This document shows, in pieces, positions 12,329 to 24,115 of a stretch of 64,000 nucleotides of DNA (position 1 is its first letter; each line of letters begins with the position of its first letter). The notes below the pieces were generated by a model that was not told where the DNA came from, did not search any database, and was given only the letters and a program-made list of their open reading frames with translations. This stretch comes from Leucoraja ocellata (Eukaryota), in contig JAWMAR010000187.1 of assembly GCA_036785375.1 (NCBI GenBank), positions 4,464,001 through 4,528,000 on the forward strand, read 5' to 3'. Position numbers and translations under genes: made by a program.

Positions 12329-13398
12329 CAAGATGGCGTAGCCGGGTCTAGTCGCCATCGCGGAAGCTCCCCGGAGGCTGTGCGTTTTTTAACTTATATG
12401 TTCATTTTAAATTTATTTCTAAGTACTAACACGCCAGCACTAACAACGTACGACTGGAAAACCCTCACCCTGAACACAGGATCTCCCCAGGGTTGCGTCC
12501 TTAGCCCCCTACTGTACACATATGACTGTGTGGCCAGGTTCAGCTCCAGCTCCATCATCAAGTTTGCTGATGACATTGTGGTGGTGGGCCTGATCTCCAA
12601 TAAGGAGGTGGCTGATCTGGCACTGGTGTTAGGACAACAGCCTCCTCTTGAATGTCACAAAAACTAAGGAGCTGATTGTGGACTTTAGAAGGGCACAACA
12701 TCCGAGGACGTACACGCCACTGGAGATTAATGGGACCACTGTGGATAGGGTGAGCTGCTTTAAGTACCTGGGAGTCCACATCACAGAGGATATGACATGG
12801 GCAACACACACTGCTGCACTGGTGAGTAAGGCAAGGCAGTGCCTTTACCACCTCAGACAGCTGAGGAAATTCAGAGTCTCTCTGAGGATCCTTCAGTGCT
12901 TCTACTCTGGGGCTGTAGAAAGCATCTTGTCCGGCAACATCACAATCTGGTTTGGGAACAGCTCTGCCCAGGACAGGAAGGCTCTGCAGAGAGTAGTGCG
13001 TTTGGCCGAACGCACTATGGGAACTACACTCGCCCCCCTGCTGGACCTATACACCAGGAGGGGCAGATCCAGAGCCAGCAACATTATGGGGGACCCCTAC
13101 CCCCCCAGCAATGGACTGTTCCAGCTGCTACGGTCAGGCAAACGCCTCCGCTGTTATGCTGTGAAAACAGAGAGGATGAGATGGGGTTTCTTCCCACAGG
13201 CCATCAGAACTGTAAACTCTTATCTCACAAGGGACTAATTTACTGGTGTGTTGTGTCCTTTAAAAAAATAATTCTAACATGAAAATACTGATTCTGTTCT
13301 ATTCTGTTCTGTAGTTTTATACACAATCCACAGGCATTGCCACTTTCATTTCACTGCACATCTTGTATGTGTATGAGACAAATAAAGTTGACTTGACG
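12329..13398 (+). mobile_element. Rex1/Babar-clade LINE with large internal deletion
   Basis: TGSPQGCVLSPLLY, KFADD, LNVTKTKELIVDFR, FKYLGVHI, FFPQAIR motifs; TTTCACTGCAC..AATAAA and (GACTT)n tail; CAAGATGGCG at the 5' end. Confidence 0.88.
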
Positions 13399-13680
13399 AC
13401 TTTGAGACAAACTTCTTTTAAAGTAATAGAAAGTTATGTTATTCAGAAAATATGTTTCGAACCGAACATAGAAAACAAATACATTCTCAAACAAATTTTA
13501 AGAGCACAAATACAATTTTGTACAAATTGTGTTTTAGATATCCATCTAATCCAAAAATGCTCATAAGCTATTGTCTGATGTTCACTGAATGAAAAAAAAA
13601 CATGCCCTTGAGTATTCCCAGATTTTCAAGTAGCACCTAAAACATAAACATTTAGTATCTCATAAACAAATAAATTCTGT

Positions 13681-13703
13681 AGGAAGGAACTGCAGTGCTG
13701 GTT
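13681..13703 (-). mobile_element. 23-bp PLE tail micro-insertion
   Basis: AGGAAGGAACTGCAGTGCTGGTT between near-identical 18-bp direct repeats at 13663-13680 and 13704-13721. Confidence 0.7.
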
Positions 13704-14026
13704 TAAACAAATTAATTCTGTTCCCCTTCAGTTCATTTACAATGCAGCATTGGTACAGAAACCACGATTTAAGACTTGGATTTTCTAACACTGTCAATGA
13801 GTGAAAGCATTGGCATTTGCCTGTTTAAATGGAAACAAGTCCACAGCTTACTCGCATGTGTGGTCTTCATGGTGACAAGCAGTGAAACACAGTGATGCTA
13901 GATTCCTCTGCCAGTTCATTGGGCTAACAGTCTCACCGATCCCATGCCAGTTCAACTTTGGCTCGGGAATCTCAGTCCCATTAACTGCAGGGCTCTAAAT
14001 AGGAAAACAAAACCAAAATTGAGTGT

Positions 14027-14230
14027 GTCGGGAGGAAGTGCATACGCTGGTTTAAACCGAACACATACACAATCGGCTCTAGTAACTCAGCGGGTCAGGC
14101 AGCATGTCTGGAGAAAAGGAATAGGTGACGTTTCGGGTCGAGGCCCTTCTTCAGACTGAGAGTCCGGAGACAGGGGAACGAGATATGTACACGGTACATT
14201 GGAGAAATGAATGGAAGGGATGCAAAAAGC
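14027..14230 (-). mobile_element. PLE-derived short element (subfamily B)
   Basis: GTGACGTTTCGGGTCGAGGCCCTTCTTCAGAC is the reverse complement of the hammerhead-like core. Confidence 0.75.
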
Positions 14231-14300
14231 ATCAATCACAGAGAGTGTGTAGCAAGAGGCAGTGTTGCAGAATTCGGAGAGAGGAGGAGAACTTCAAAGG

Positions 14301-14432
14301 AGTCTGAAGAAGGGTTTTGGCCCGAAACGTTGCCTATTTCCTTCGCTCCATAGATGCTGCTGCACCCGCTGAGTTTCTCCAGCATTTTTGTGTACCTTCG
14401 ATTTTCCAGCATCTGCAGTTCCTTCTTAAACA
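14301..14432 (+). mobile_element. PLE-derived short element, monomer starting at the hammerhead motif (subfamily A)
   Basis: Near identity to 24117-24249; imperfect TSD TTCAAAG(G/T)AGTC. Confidence 0.9.
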
Positions 14433-15604
14433 AATTCAAAGTAGTCATACCTTGAGGAGATTTTGCAGTGGAGGGACAAAATGTGTATAGTGAACTGCAG
14501 ATTCTAGTTTATACCAAAGGCAGACAAAACGCTGGAGTAACTCAGCGAGTCAGGCAGCATCTCTGGAGAAAAGGAATAGGTGACGTTTTGCGTCTGTGGT
14601 TTATCTTTTTTTTTAAACAGTATTTTTATGGGATTTTCCATCCGTTTTATTTTAAATTGAAGGGACTCAGATGATTTGGATGGAAATGTGGGAGGTATGA
14701 TAGGTTTACAGATGATAAGTTATTGTAAATAGCAAGGAAGTTTGTTTAAGACTACCGTTAGAAAGATGGGTGGAGCAATGGCAAATGGAATTTAATCCCG
14801 ATGAATGAGAAGTGGTACAGTTTGAATGGATAAACAAGGGTAAGGTAGACACCGTAAAAGGTAAAGCCATAAGTTTGAAATAATTGTGACAATCCGGCCC
14901 ACTTATTGAACTGACCTTCTTTGATACACGTAACCATTTCAACAGTCAAGAGTGTTTTATTACCATGTGTCCCAAAACGGAACAATTCAATTCTTACTTT
15001 ATCGTTTGCCATCTCTGATAGAATAGTGTACAATGCTGAAGGTCGGACAATGATGCCTGCTTCATCTTATCTTTGATGGATGAAACCTTGCCGGTGCCAC
15101 TATCAGGCAGTCCAGCATCCATCCTGGTCCAGGTGGTATTTTCATTAACTTTTCCTTGATTGTAATCACACACCTCTCTGTCTCCCTGCTGCAATGTCCT
15201 CAGCTTCCCCAAGTCCGAATGAGGGTCTCGACCAGAAACGTCACCCATTCCTTCTCTCCAGAGATGCTGCCTGTCCCGCTGAGTTGCTCCAGTTTTTTGT
15301 GTCTATCCCCAATTCTCTTCCCTAATTCTCCCAGTTGATCATCTCTTAACAATACTTGATCCCAATAGTTTGCATGACCCTCTCTACCCAACCCAGATGC
15401 CTTCCTACCTGCTCCCACTATAATCTTCTCCTATACAACTCCCGGATCTCTCTGATCATGTACCCCATTGTCTCACAGTTCCTCAGCAACTCCTGTGATC
15501 AACAAACTCCAGTGAAGATAACAGGGGGAAGGTCTTTCTTCAAGTTTCATCACATTCTTTTTTAAATTGGACACTTTGACTTTAAACTTAAGATGCATAC
15601 ATGT

Positions 15605-15722
15605 TGAAAAATCTCCACGAGAGCCCCGAGTACCTACGAGCGGCTATTACGGTAGTTCTCCGAGTTCAAATCAGGGGAAACTCTTCGGGAGAACTCTTGA
15701 ATTAGCTCTTACAGTGGGACAG
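15605..15722. mobile_element. Right-end fragment of a Harbinger-type non-autonomous element
   Basis: Similar to 18772-19030 and 59491-59680; ends in CAGTGGGACAG. Confidence 0.55.
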
Positions 15723-16172
15723 ATGGGACGTCAACGCTCAATTTAAATATTCAAATAAATTGCTGCAATAAGCAAATTGCCATTTGGAGAGCTGCCATGA
15801 ACTGTTTAAATGGAACTCGCTGTATGAAAACATTTCTTTCTGTACGACCATTATCTGCCCTGTCACTAAAACTTACAGATCACACACTGTTAAATTCTCA
15901 GTAATTCTTTTTCACTTTATTTGGATCTGGTTCGCAAACTAATGGCATTCACCACATCTGCTTGTTTGAACATTCTCCTCGCATTGCACTTCCTCAGATC
16001 ATAAAGACCAGAAGCACATGATTGATACTATCATTGGCCACAAATGCTGAACTGTACTAACGTTGACAGGTTCTGCCAGCAGATAATATTTTGATTTAAA
16101 ACATAAGAAAAAAATACACACTACAAAACTCAAAGTATGGTAAAAAGTTGAAGCAAGGAGGATATATAGCAT

Positions 16173-16274
16173 TTAAGAAGGAACTGCAAATGCTGGAAAA
16201 TCGAAGGTGCCTATTTCCTTCGCTCCATAGATGCTGCTGCACCCACTGAGTTTCTCCAGCATTTTTGTGTACCT
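16173..16274. mobile_element. PLE-derived short element with internal inversion
   Basis: Perfect TSD AGGATATATAGCAT at 16159-16172 and 16275-16288. Confidence 0.88.
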
Positions 16275-16459
16275 AGGATATATAGCATGTCCTATATCCA
16301 ATTACTTATCATTAAAATGTAATCATTGTTCTTATATCACAATGCATCACTGTATTTGATTTTGGAAGAATTGGTGTCTTTTGGTTCTGCAATCTCAATA
16401 AATTCTAATTTGGATTCATTGCCTCATCCAATAATCTGCTCGACAAAACAAGACTTGAA

Positions 16460-16554
16460 TGATTCAGCGGGACAGGCAGCATGAGTTCCGCTGAGTTACT
16501 CCAGCATTTTGTGTCTACCTTAGATTTAAACCAGCATCTGCAGTTCTTTCCTAC
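16460..16554 (+). mobile_element. PLE-derived short element (subfamily B), truncated
   Basis: TSD ACAAGACTTGAA at 16448-16459 and 16555-16566. Confidence 0.8.
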
Positions 16555-16712
16555 ACAAGACTTGAAAGATCATTGACTTAAATTAGTTGATGTTGTTCAG
16601 GTTTTCAAAGTTGGTGTTTTGGTAGCAAAATCTTCAGTTCTAACTCACGGCTTTTTAGTTTGGGAGATATATGGGGAACATCCATTAATACTAGAACAAA
16701 GCTAATAACTAC

Positions 16713-16932
16713 CCTCTGCCACAGAGGGTAGTTGAGGCCAGTTCATTGGCTATATTTAAGAGGGAGTTAGATGTGGCCCTTGTGGCCAAGGGGATCAGAG
16801 GGTATGGAGAGAAGGCAGGTACGGGATACTGAGTTGGATGATCAGCCATGATCATATTGAATGGCGGTGCAGGCTCGAAGGGCCGAATGGCCTACTCCTG
16901 CACCTAATTTCTATGTTTCTATGCTTCTATGT
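16713..16932 (+). mobile_element. CR1 3' end, young copy
   Basis: Essentially identical to 1658-1870, including the (TTTCTATG)n tail. Confidence 0.93.
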
Positions 16933-18489
16933 AATGGGAGGATAAAATAATTAGAAGATATAAACTTTGTTATTAGCAAGTGCTTGGTCCAGAATGAAAA
17001 AAAAAATCATTCCCAATCTAGAAATCTTAATGTATTTGACTCTGAAAATGAAATCATCTTGGCCTTATCAAACATAAAGTCTAGCACTATGCGTTACCAA
17101 TCCCAGCTGTGGAGACAATGGTATAGTTGTCTCGTTGTAGGGCACAGATTTTTTAAAATTCTTGATCTTAAACCATGTATTGTGCTTTTGTAAGTAATTT
17201 ACTGTGCGTTTGCATGTAATTTATTGTGCTTTTGTATGCAATTTATTCTATGTAATGTCTTGTCTTTAATCTGGACCTTGAGTCTGTAATAAAAAGTAAG
17301 TAAGTATACGGAGTTGGCCAATTTTAGTTAATTGATTTGTGGCTGTTAAGATTTATCTTGTACCTATTGAATGAATAGAAAGCAGTAGTCTGGACTCGAA
17401 CTCGTACTTTCCCCACTGTGAAAATGCTTTTAAAATTGTCAAGGAGATTAGCTTGAGTTTGTGCATGATATGCAAAATCACATTTTATTTTAAAAAGCAG
17501 CTTTAATGTGGAAGAACACCACTGGTTGCTACTGACTATCCAGTTCCAAAAAGCAACAATAGTGACGACCAAGGCACTGAAAAGGAATGCTAACATCTTT
17601 ATCACTTCTGAACATCCATATTTAATGGCTGGAAATTCAAGCCGTTTGATTTAGTTGTATCAGACATGAAGGAAAAAATAAACTGTTAACAAGAAAATAT
17701 GAGCTATTTTGTGAGAGTTATACCAGAAATGTGAGAGCAAAGAAACATAAATAAGTGAACGACCAGAAAGAAATGTACCAAGTGATGCACGCTGCATTTT
17801 GACACTGCTACTTCATGCTGCCTCTTTTCACTACTTTCCGTCAATCCCTTCTCTGTTTGGCAGACTGCCAAAGTCAAGGATGATTTCTTTTTGACTCCAG
17901 TTTAATCAGTTCCGAGATGGCTGATGAGGCCATCGAGTTGTTTGCAGACTCTAGAGCAACTCACAAAAGTGCTAGAGGAACTCAGCAAGTCAGGCAGCGT
18001 CTGGAGATGTTTCAAAACGTTGTCCATTCATTCCCTCCCCTGATGCTGCCTGACCCGCAGAGTTCCTCTAGCACGTTGCTCAAGATTCCAGCATCTGCAG
18101 TTTCTTGTGTCACCCGCAGACACTACCACAGATGGGCAGGTGGTCCTGCATGAGTCAAATGGGAGGGATGTTTTAGAGGTTCTGTCCAATATTTCAGAAA
18201 CAGCAACTGCGGAGGCATCAATAGACCCCGACCACGGGTGAACAATAAGGGAGAGGACTGAACTTTGTTGCCTTCCCTCACAGTGGGAAACGTTGATCCC
18301 GCTGAGGGGGGATTTTTTTTTAATGTTTAATGTTAAATTCTATAGTGTTGTGTTTATTTTATTTGTGTGGCTGCATGGTAACTCAAATTTCACTGCACCA
18401 ATTGGTGTATGTGACAATAAATGTCCTTTGTCATTTGTCCTTTATTTTCAATTAACCTTCACATGCTGTTCATTTGAGGTCTTCATAAG

Positions 18490-18770
18490 GTCATAAGTGA
18501 TAGGAGTAGAATTAGGACATTCAGCACATCAGGTCTACTCTGCCATTCAATCACGGCTGATCTATCTCTCCCTCCTAACACCATTCTCCTACCTTATCCC
18601 CATAACCTCTGACACCTGTACTAATCAAAAAGTTATCTATCTCTGCCTTAAAAATATCCACTGACTTAGCCTCTACAGCCTTCTGTGGCAAAGAATTCCA
18701 CAGATTCACCACACTCTGACTAAAGAAAGTTCGCCTCATCTCCTTCCTAAAAGAACGTCCTTTCATTCTA
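18490..18770 (-). mobile_element. CR1 3' fragment
   Basis: ORF 18575-18802(-): FFSQSVVNLWNSLPQKAVEA..FKAEID. Confidence 0.88.
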
Positions 18771-18771
18771 A

Positions 18772-19030
18772 AGGGCCTGTCCCACTTTCCCGAGATATTC
18801 ACAAATTCACGAATTCTCCCGAGTTTTCAAACTCGCAGAATGTTTGTATCGAATGTTCGATATATTCATGGAGTCCGTAGGAGTCCGTGGATATATCGTA
18901 GTGGCTCGTTATTCCAGCCGTAGGTACTCGGGGCTATTTTTTTACTCGTGGACATTTTTCATCATGCTGAAAAAACGTCCCGACATAACTGATGCCCCAA
19001 GTACCTACGGCTGGCATAACGAGCCGCCAT
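18772..19030. mobile_element. Harbinger-type non-autonomous element, left part
   Basis: TAA|AGGGCCTGTCCCACTTTCCCGAG matches the TIR of the complete copy at 59491-59680. Confidence 0.7.
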
Positions 19031-19140
19031 TACTGTATATTAGATTTGCAAACAATTTAAAAGGGCAGAAAATAAAAGTTGCGTTTATGGCAGGTCTATT
19101 GTGATAATAAACAACATGTTATAAAATGTTTGAGGGCGTA

Positions 19141-19812
19141 TGGAACAAGCTGCCAGAGGAGATGATGGGTACATGTAACAAGCTGCCAGAGGAGATGATG
19201 GGTACATGTACCAAGCTGCCAGAGGAGATGATGGGTACATGGAACAAGCTGCCAGAGGAGATGATGGGTACATGGAACAAGCTGCCAGAGGAGATGATGG
19301 GTACATGTAACAAGCTGCCAGAGGAGATGATGGGTACATGGAACAAGCTGCCAGAGGAGATGATGGGTACATGGAACAAGCTGCCAGAGGATGATGGGTA
19401 CATGGAACAAGCTGCCAGAGGAGATGATGGGTACATGGAACAAGCTGCCAGAGGAGATGATGGGTACATGGAACAAGCTGCCAGAGGATGATGGGTACAT
19501 GGAACAAGCTGCCAGAGGAGATGATGGGTACATGGAACAAGCTGCCAGAGGAGATGATGGGTACATGGAACAAGCTGCCAGAGGATGATGGGTACATGGA
19601 ACAAGCTGCCAGAGGATGATGGGTACATGGAACAAGCTGCCAGAGGAGATGATGGGTACATGGAACAAGCTGTCAGAGGAGATGATGGGTACATGGAACA
19701 AGCCGCCAGAGGAGATGATGGGTACATGGAACAAGCTGCCAGAGGAGATGATGGGTACATGGAACAAGCTGCCAGAGGAGGTGATGGGTACATGGAACAA
19801 GCTGCCAGAGGA
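19141..19812 (+). repeat. 33-bp minisatellite (21 units) derived from CR1 coding sequence
   Basis: Unit TGGAACAAGCTGCCAGAGGAGATGATGGGTACA; four units lack 2 bp; array runs directly into a CR1 3' end. Confidence 0.95.
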
Positions 19813-19980
19813 ACTAGTTGAGGCAGGTACCATAACAACATTTAAAAGCCATTTGGACAGGTACGTGAATACGAGAGGTTTGGAGGGATATGGGCCAAAT
19901 GTCGAAATGCATGCCACTTGGTCAGCATGGGCATGTTGGGCCACTGGACCTGTTTCCATGCTGAATGACTCTATGACTCT
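19813..19980 (+). mobile_element. CR1 3' end continuing from the minisatellite
   Basis: VEAGTITTFKSHLDRY..GLEGYGPN; (ATGACTCT)n tail. Confidence 0.85.
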
Positions 19981-20179
19981 AAAACACCATGGTTTACAGT
20001 TGCATATCAAGTCATAAAATAATGCAGTGTTCTTATATTCATTACTATTTCATATACTAATCTAATGTCAAATGACCTGTTATCTGAAAGAGACTAACAA
20101 CCATCTGTTCAAACTAACTGTTTTTGAAATATTTTTATATTGCTTCCTAACTGAAATTTTTCTTTGATGTGATTTGCTT

Positions 20180-20352
20180 CAAATAATCTACTCTCCATTG
20201 ACTACTGCCTAAAATCTACTCTACTTGTCCACTGAGCGAGGCCTATATGTATGTAGTTTGTTTGTTATACTATTCTTATACAAATGTAAAGCACTTTGGC
20301 TAACGAGAGTTGTTTTTTAAATGTGCTATATAAATAAATGTGACTTGACTTG
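20180..20352 (+). mobile_element. L2-type LINE 3' tail
   Basis: TGTAAAGCACTTTG..GTGCTATATAAATAAA followed by (GACTT)n. Confidence 0.55.
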
Positions 20353-20751
20353 TCTATTATACATTTTGAAAATCATTTTTTCTTGGAGTAACCACAATCG
20401 TGTTACAGGGAAACTCAGCTTTAATCTTATCATTTTCGGAAGAGCGAGCACCTTGAAACCTGACAGGTATTTGTTGCCGATGTGCGGATTGCGGATGTAG
20501 AATTTATGTCAGGAGATCATTTACAATAGTTTGCCCTTTTATTATCATAATGTTAAATTAATATTAGTGTAAAATAAAAGTGTCGCACGGAGCTACAATG
20601 CAACGCAATTGTTAAAAGGTCATTGATATTTGCACATTTACTGTAAACGCTGTGCTCAAATGAATGAATTCCTCTGCAAATTAAATCATCATGTAGCTGA
20701 GAGGTGCTGAACAATGCCTGCAGTCGACGTAGTGCAGACTACTTTTCTTTG

Positions 20752-20938
20752 AAGGTACACAAAAATGCTGGAGAAACTCAGTGGGTGCAGCAGCATCTAT
20801 GGAGCGAAGGAAATAGGCAACGTTTCGGGACGAAACGTTGCCTATTTCCTTCGCTCCATAGATGCTGCTGCACCCGCTGAGTTTCTCCAGCATTTTTGTG
20901 TACCTTTGATTTTCCAGCATCTGCAGTTCCTTCTTAAA
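20752..20938. mobile_element. PLE-derived fold-back palindrome (76-bp arms, 1 mismatch) plus tail
   Basis: Arms 20752-20827 and 20831-20906; TSD TACTTTTCTTTGAA at 20740-20753 and 20939-20952. Confidence 0.9.
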
Positions 20939-21801
20939 TACTTTTCTTTGAATACTTGTACATCTTTGCCAGGATGTCATGACAGAAAGAATGCACAAAA
21001 GAGTGCAGGTTCAGTACTAACATAATGCAATTCGGGTTTTGTTCCATTGGATCAATCTTCATCCATGTCCGTCCTCAGCATTAAGTTTACCCAGATTTTC
21101 AAACCAGTGATTAATGTACATGGAGTACTTCATCGCTCCAGATGGCTTTAAATAGAATTGCAACGTTACATGATATGAACCAGTCGTAGAGATGCGTCTG
21201 CCCCAGAAAATTCCTCCACGTGAACTGCTGCCAACACCTAAAAATCCCACTCTCTCGCTTGCTCAAGTTGCTCTTTAAGTTCCCATCTCATTATTGCTCT
21301 TTCCATTTCACTGCCCATTCCCAGGCTAAATTCCATTTGACTTCGGCTGCAGGAATTAGTTTGCAAAATAGTGAATCCATTGAACAGAAAATAAATAATG
21401 GAATTTATGAAAAGAGAAAGTAGATTAGTAGAATACGTAAAGATACATCTTAAGAATTCTAGTTTATGGAAATGCAGAATGATTGACCAAATATTGGACA
21501 GATAGTTTAATACACAAGGAAATGGAACAGGAAACGGCCCTATATTCCTTCGACCTGCTCATCCATCTAGTTAGAGGCCACTTGTATCACACGTTGTCTA
21601 ATTATTTCTTTGTCTAAACTGGGACAATTTCCCGCTAGAATTTAAATGCTATCGTTATATGATGTTTTCCTGAATGTCACAGTTTTTCTTTTCAATTGCA
21701 AGTCTTTTCTAGTTTGTTCAAATACAAAAAAAAAACCAAACACATTGCAAATATACAACTATTGCATTTCAGAAGTATTTGGGCATCAAATAATTATTAT
21801 T

Positions 21802-22324
21802 AATTATAGGAAGGATGTCAACAAAATAGAGAGAGTACAGAGGAGATTTACTAGAATGTTGCCTGGGTTTCAACAACTAAGTTACGGAGAAAGGTTGAAT
21901 AAGTTAGGTCTTTATTCTCTGGAGCACAGAAGGTTAAGGGGGGACTTGATAGAGGTCTTTAAAATGATGAGAGGGATAGACAGAGTTAATGTGGACAAGC
22001 TTTTCCCTTTGAGAATAGGGAAGATTCAAACAAGAGGACATGACTTCAGAATTAAGGGACAGAAGTTTAGGGGTAACATGAGGGGGAACTTCTTTACTCA
22101 GAGAGTGGTAGTGGTGTGGAATGAGCTTCCAGTGGAAGTGGTGGCGGCAGATTCGTTGGTATAATTTAAAAATAAATTGGATAGGCATATGGATGAGAAG
22201 GGAATGGAGGGTTATGGTATGAGTGCAAGCAGGTGGCACTAAGGGAAAAAAGTTGTTCGGCACGGACTTGTAGGGCCGAGATGGCCTGTTTCCGTGCTGT
22301 AATTGTTATATGGTTATATGGTTA
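21802..22324 (+). mobile_element. CR1 3' fragment (TTATATGG-tail family)
   Basis: YRKDVNKIERVQRRFTRMLPG..RLRGDLIEVFK..FFTQRVVVVWNELP; same 3' end at 41165-41268 and 51982-52215(-). Confidence 0.93.
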
Positions 22325-22539
22325 TCACAGTGGCACAGCGGTAGAGGTGCTGCCTTACAGTGCCAGAGACCCAGGTTCGATCCTGTTAATGGGTGCTGTC
22401 TGCGCGGAGTTTGCACGTCTCCCTGTGACCGTGTGGATTTTCTCCGGGAGCTCTGATTTTCTCCCACATTTCAAAGACGTGCGGGTTGGTAGGTAAATTG
22501 GCTTTTCTATATTGCCCCAAGTGGGAAGGGATGGGTGGA

Positions 22540-24003
22540 TCACCCTTGGTTAAATCCCTCCCTACCTATGTCCAAGACACCTCAGACACTCTCCGTCGTC
22601 TCCGCGCATTCAATTCTCTAGGCTCTCACCCCCTCATCTTCACCATGGACGTCCAATCACTATACACCTCCATCCCCCACCACGATGGTCTCACAGCCCT
22701 CCGGTTCTTCCTCGACCAGAGAAGCAACCCATACCCAGCCACTGACACTCTCCTCCGCCTAGCGGAGCTGGTCCTTACCCTCAATAACTTCGCGTTCGAC
22801 TCCTCCCACTTCCTCCAAATACAAGGCGTAGCTATGGGCACACGCATGGGCCCCAGCTATGCCTGCCTATTTGTAGGTTACGTCGAGCAATCCTTGTTCA
22901 ATACATACCAGGGCCCCATCCCCAACCTCTACCTCCGCTACATCGACGACTGCTTTGGTGCCACCTCCTGCACCCGCACACAACTGACTGACTTCATCCA
23001 CTTCACCACTAATTTCCATCCGGCACTGAAATACACCTGGACCATTTCCGACACTTCCCTACCATTCCTTGACCTCACTATCTCCATTGCAGGTGATAGA
23101 CTTCTAACCGACATACACTATAAACCCACTGACTCCCATGGCTATCTGGACTACACTTCTTCCCACCCTGCTTCCTGTAAGGACTCCATCCCCTACTCCC
23201 AATTCCTCCGTCTACGCCGCATCTGCTCCACGGATGAGGCGTTCCACACCAGGACATCTGAAATGTCCTCACTATTCAGGGAACGGGGGTTCCCCTCCTC
23301 CACCATAAATGAGGCTCGCACCAGGGTCTCTGCCATACCCCGCAACACTGCTCTCTCTCCCCATCCCCGCACTCGCAACAAGGGCCGAGTCCCCCTAGTC
23401 CTCACCTTTCACCCCACCAGCCGTCACATACAAAAAATAATCCTCCGTCAGTTTCGCCACCTCCAACGTGACCCCACTACTCGCCACATCTTCCCATCTC
23501 CCCCCATATCTGCCTTCCGCAAAGACCGCTCCCTCCATAACTCCCTTGTCAATTCTTCCCTTCCCTCTCGGTCCACCCCCTCCCCGGGCACTTTCCCTTG
23601 CGGCCGCAGGAGATGCAACACTTGTCCCTTTGCCTCCCCCCTCGACTCCGTTCAAGGACCCAAGCAGTCGTTCCAGGTGCGACAGAGGTTTACCTGCATC
23701 TCTTCCAACCTCATCTATTGCGTCCGCTGCTCTAGATGCCAGCAGATCTATATCGGTGAGACCAAGCGGAGGTTGGGCGATCGTTTCGCCGAACACCTCC
23801 GCTCGGTCCGCAATAACCAAGCTGACCTCCCGGTGGCTCAGCACTTCAACTCCCCCTCCCACTCCGCCTCCGACCTCTCTGTCCTGGGTCTCCTCCATGG
23901 CCACAGCGAGCAGCACCGGAAATTGGAGGAACAGCACCTCATATTCCGTTTGGGGAGTCTACACCCCCGGGGCATGAACATCGAATTCTCCCAATTCTGT
24001 TAG
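22540..24003 (+). CDS. PLE reverse transcriptase + GIY-YIG endonuclease (N-terminally truncated, no internal stop)
   Basis: FTMDVQSLYTSIP, QGVAMGTRMGPSYA, RYIDD, PFLD; Cys linker CGRRRCNTC..FTC; NLIYCVRCSRCQQIYIGET..RFAEH. The first 18 codons of the track ORF come from the flanking SINE. Confidence 0.93.
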   Translation, partial: SPLVKSLPTYVQDTSDTLRRLRAFNSLGSHPLIFTMDVQSLYTSIPHHDGLTALRFFLDQRSNPYPATDTLLRLAELVLTLNNFAFDSSHFLQIQGVAMGTRMGPSYACLFVGYVEQSLFNTYQGPIPNLYLRYIDDCFGATSCTRTQLTDFIHFTTNFHPALKYTWTISDTSLPFLDLTISIAGDRLLTDIHYKPTDSHGYLDYTSSHPASCKDSIPYSQFLRLRRICSTDEAFHTRTSEMSSLFRERGFPSSTINEARTRVSAIPRNTALSPHPRTRNKGRVPLVLTFHPTSRHIQKIILRQFRHLQRDPTTRHIFPSPPISAFRKDRSLHNSLVNSSLPSRSTPSPGTFPCGRRRCNTCPFASPLDSVQGPKQSFQVRQRFTCISSNLIYCVRCSRCQQIYIGETKRRLGDRFAEHLRSVRNNQADLPVAQHFNSPSHSASDLSVLGLLHGHSEQHRKLEEQHLIFRLGSLHPRGMNIEFSQFC

Positions 24004-24115
24004 TCCTTGCTGTCTCCTCCCCTTCCTCAGCTCCCCTACTATCTCCTCCCACCCTCCAGCCTTCTGGCTACTCCTCCTTTTCCCTTTCTTGTCCCGACCC
24101 ACCCCCACCCCCGAT

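Noticed and set aside
19085-20017. Long repetitive ORFs, and a CRISPR-like appearance
   Set aside because: Tandem minisatellite with no unique spacers and no cas genes; ORFs arise from a stop-free repeat unit
23395-23977. Overlapping 180-aa antisense and 169-aa alternative-frame ORFs
   Set aside because: Shadows of the C-rich PLE ORF
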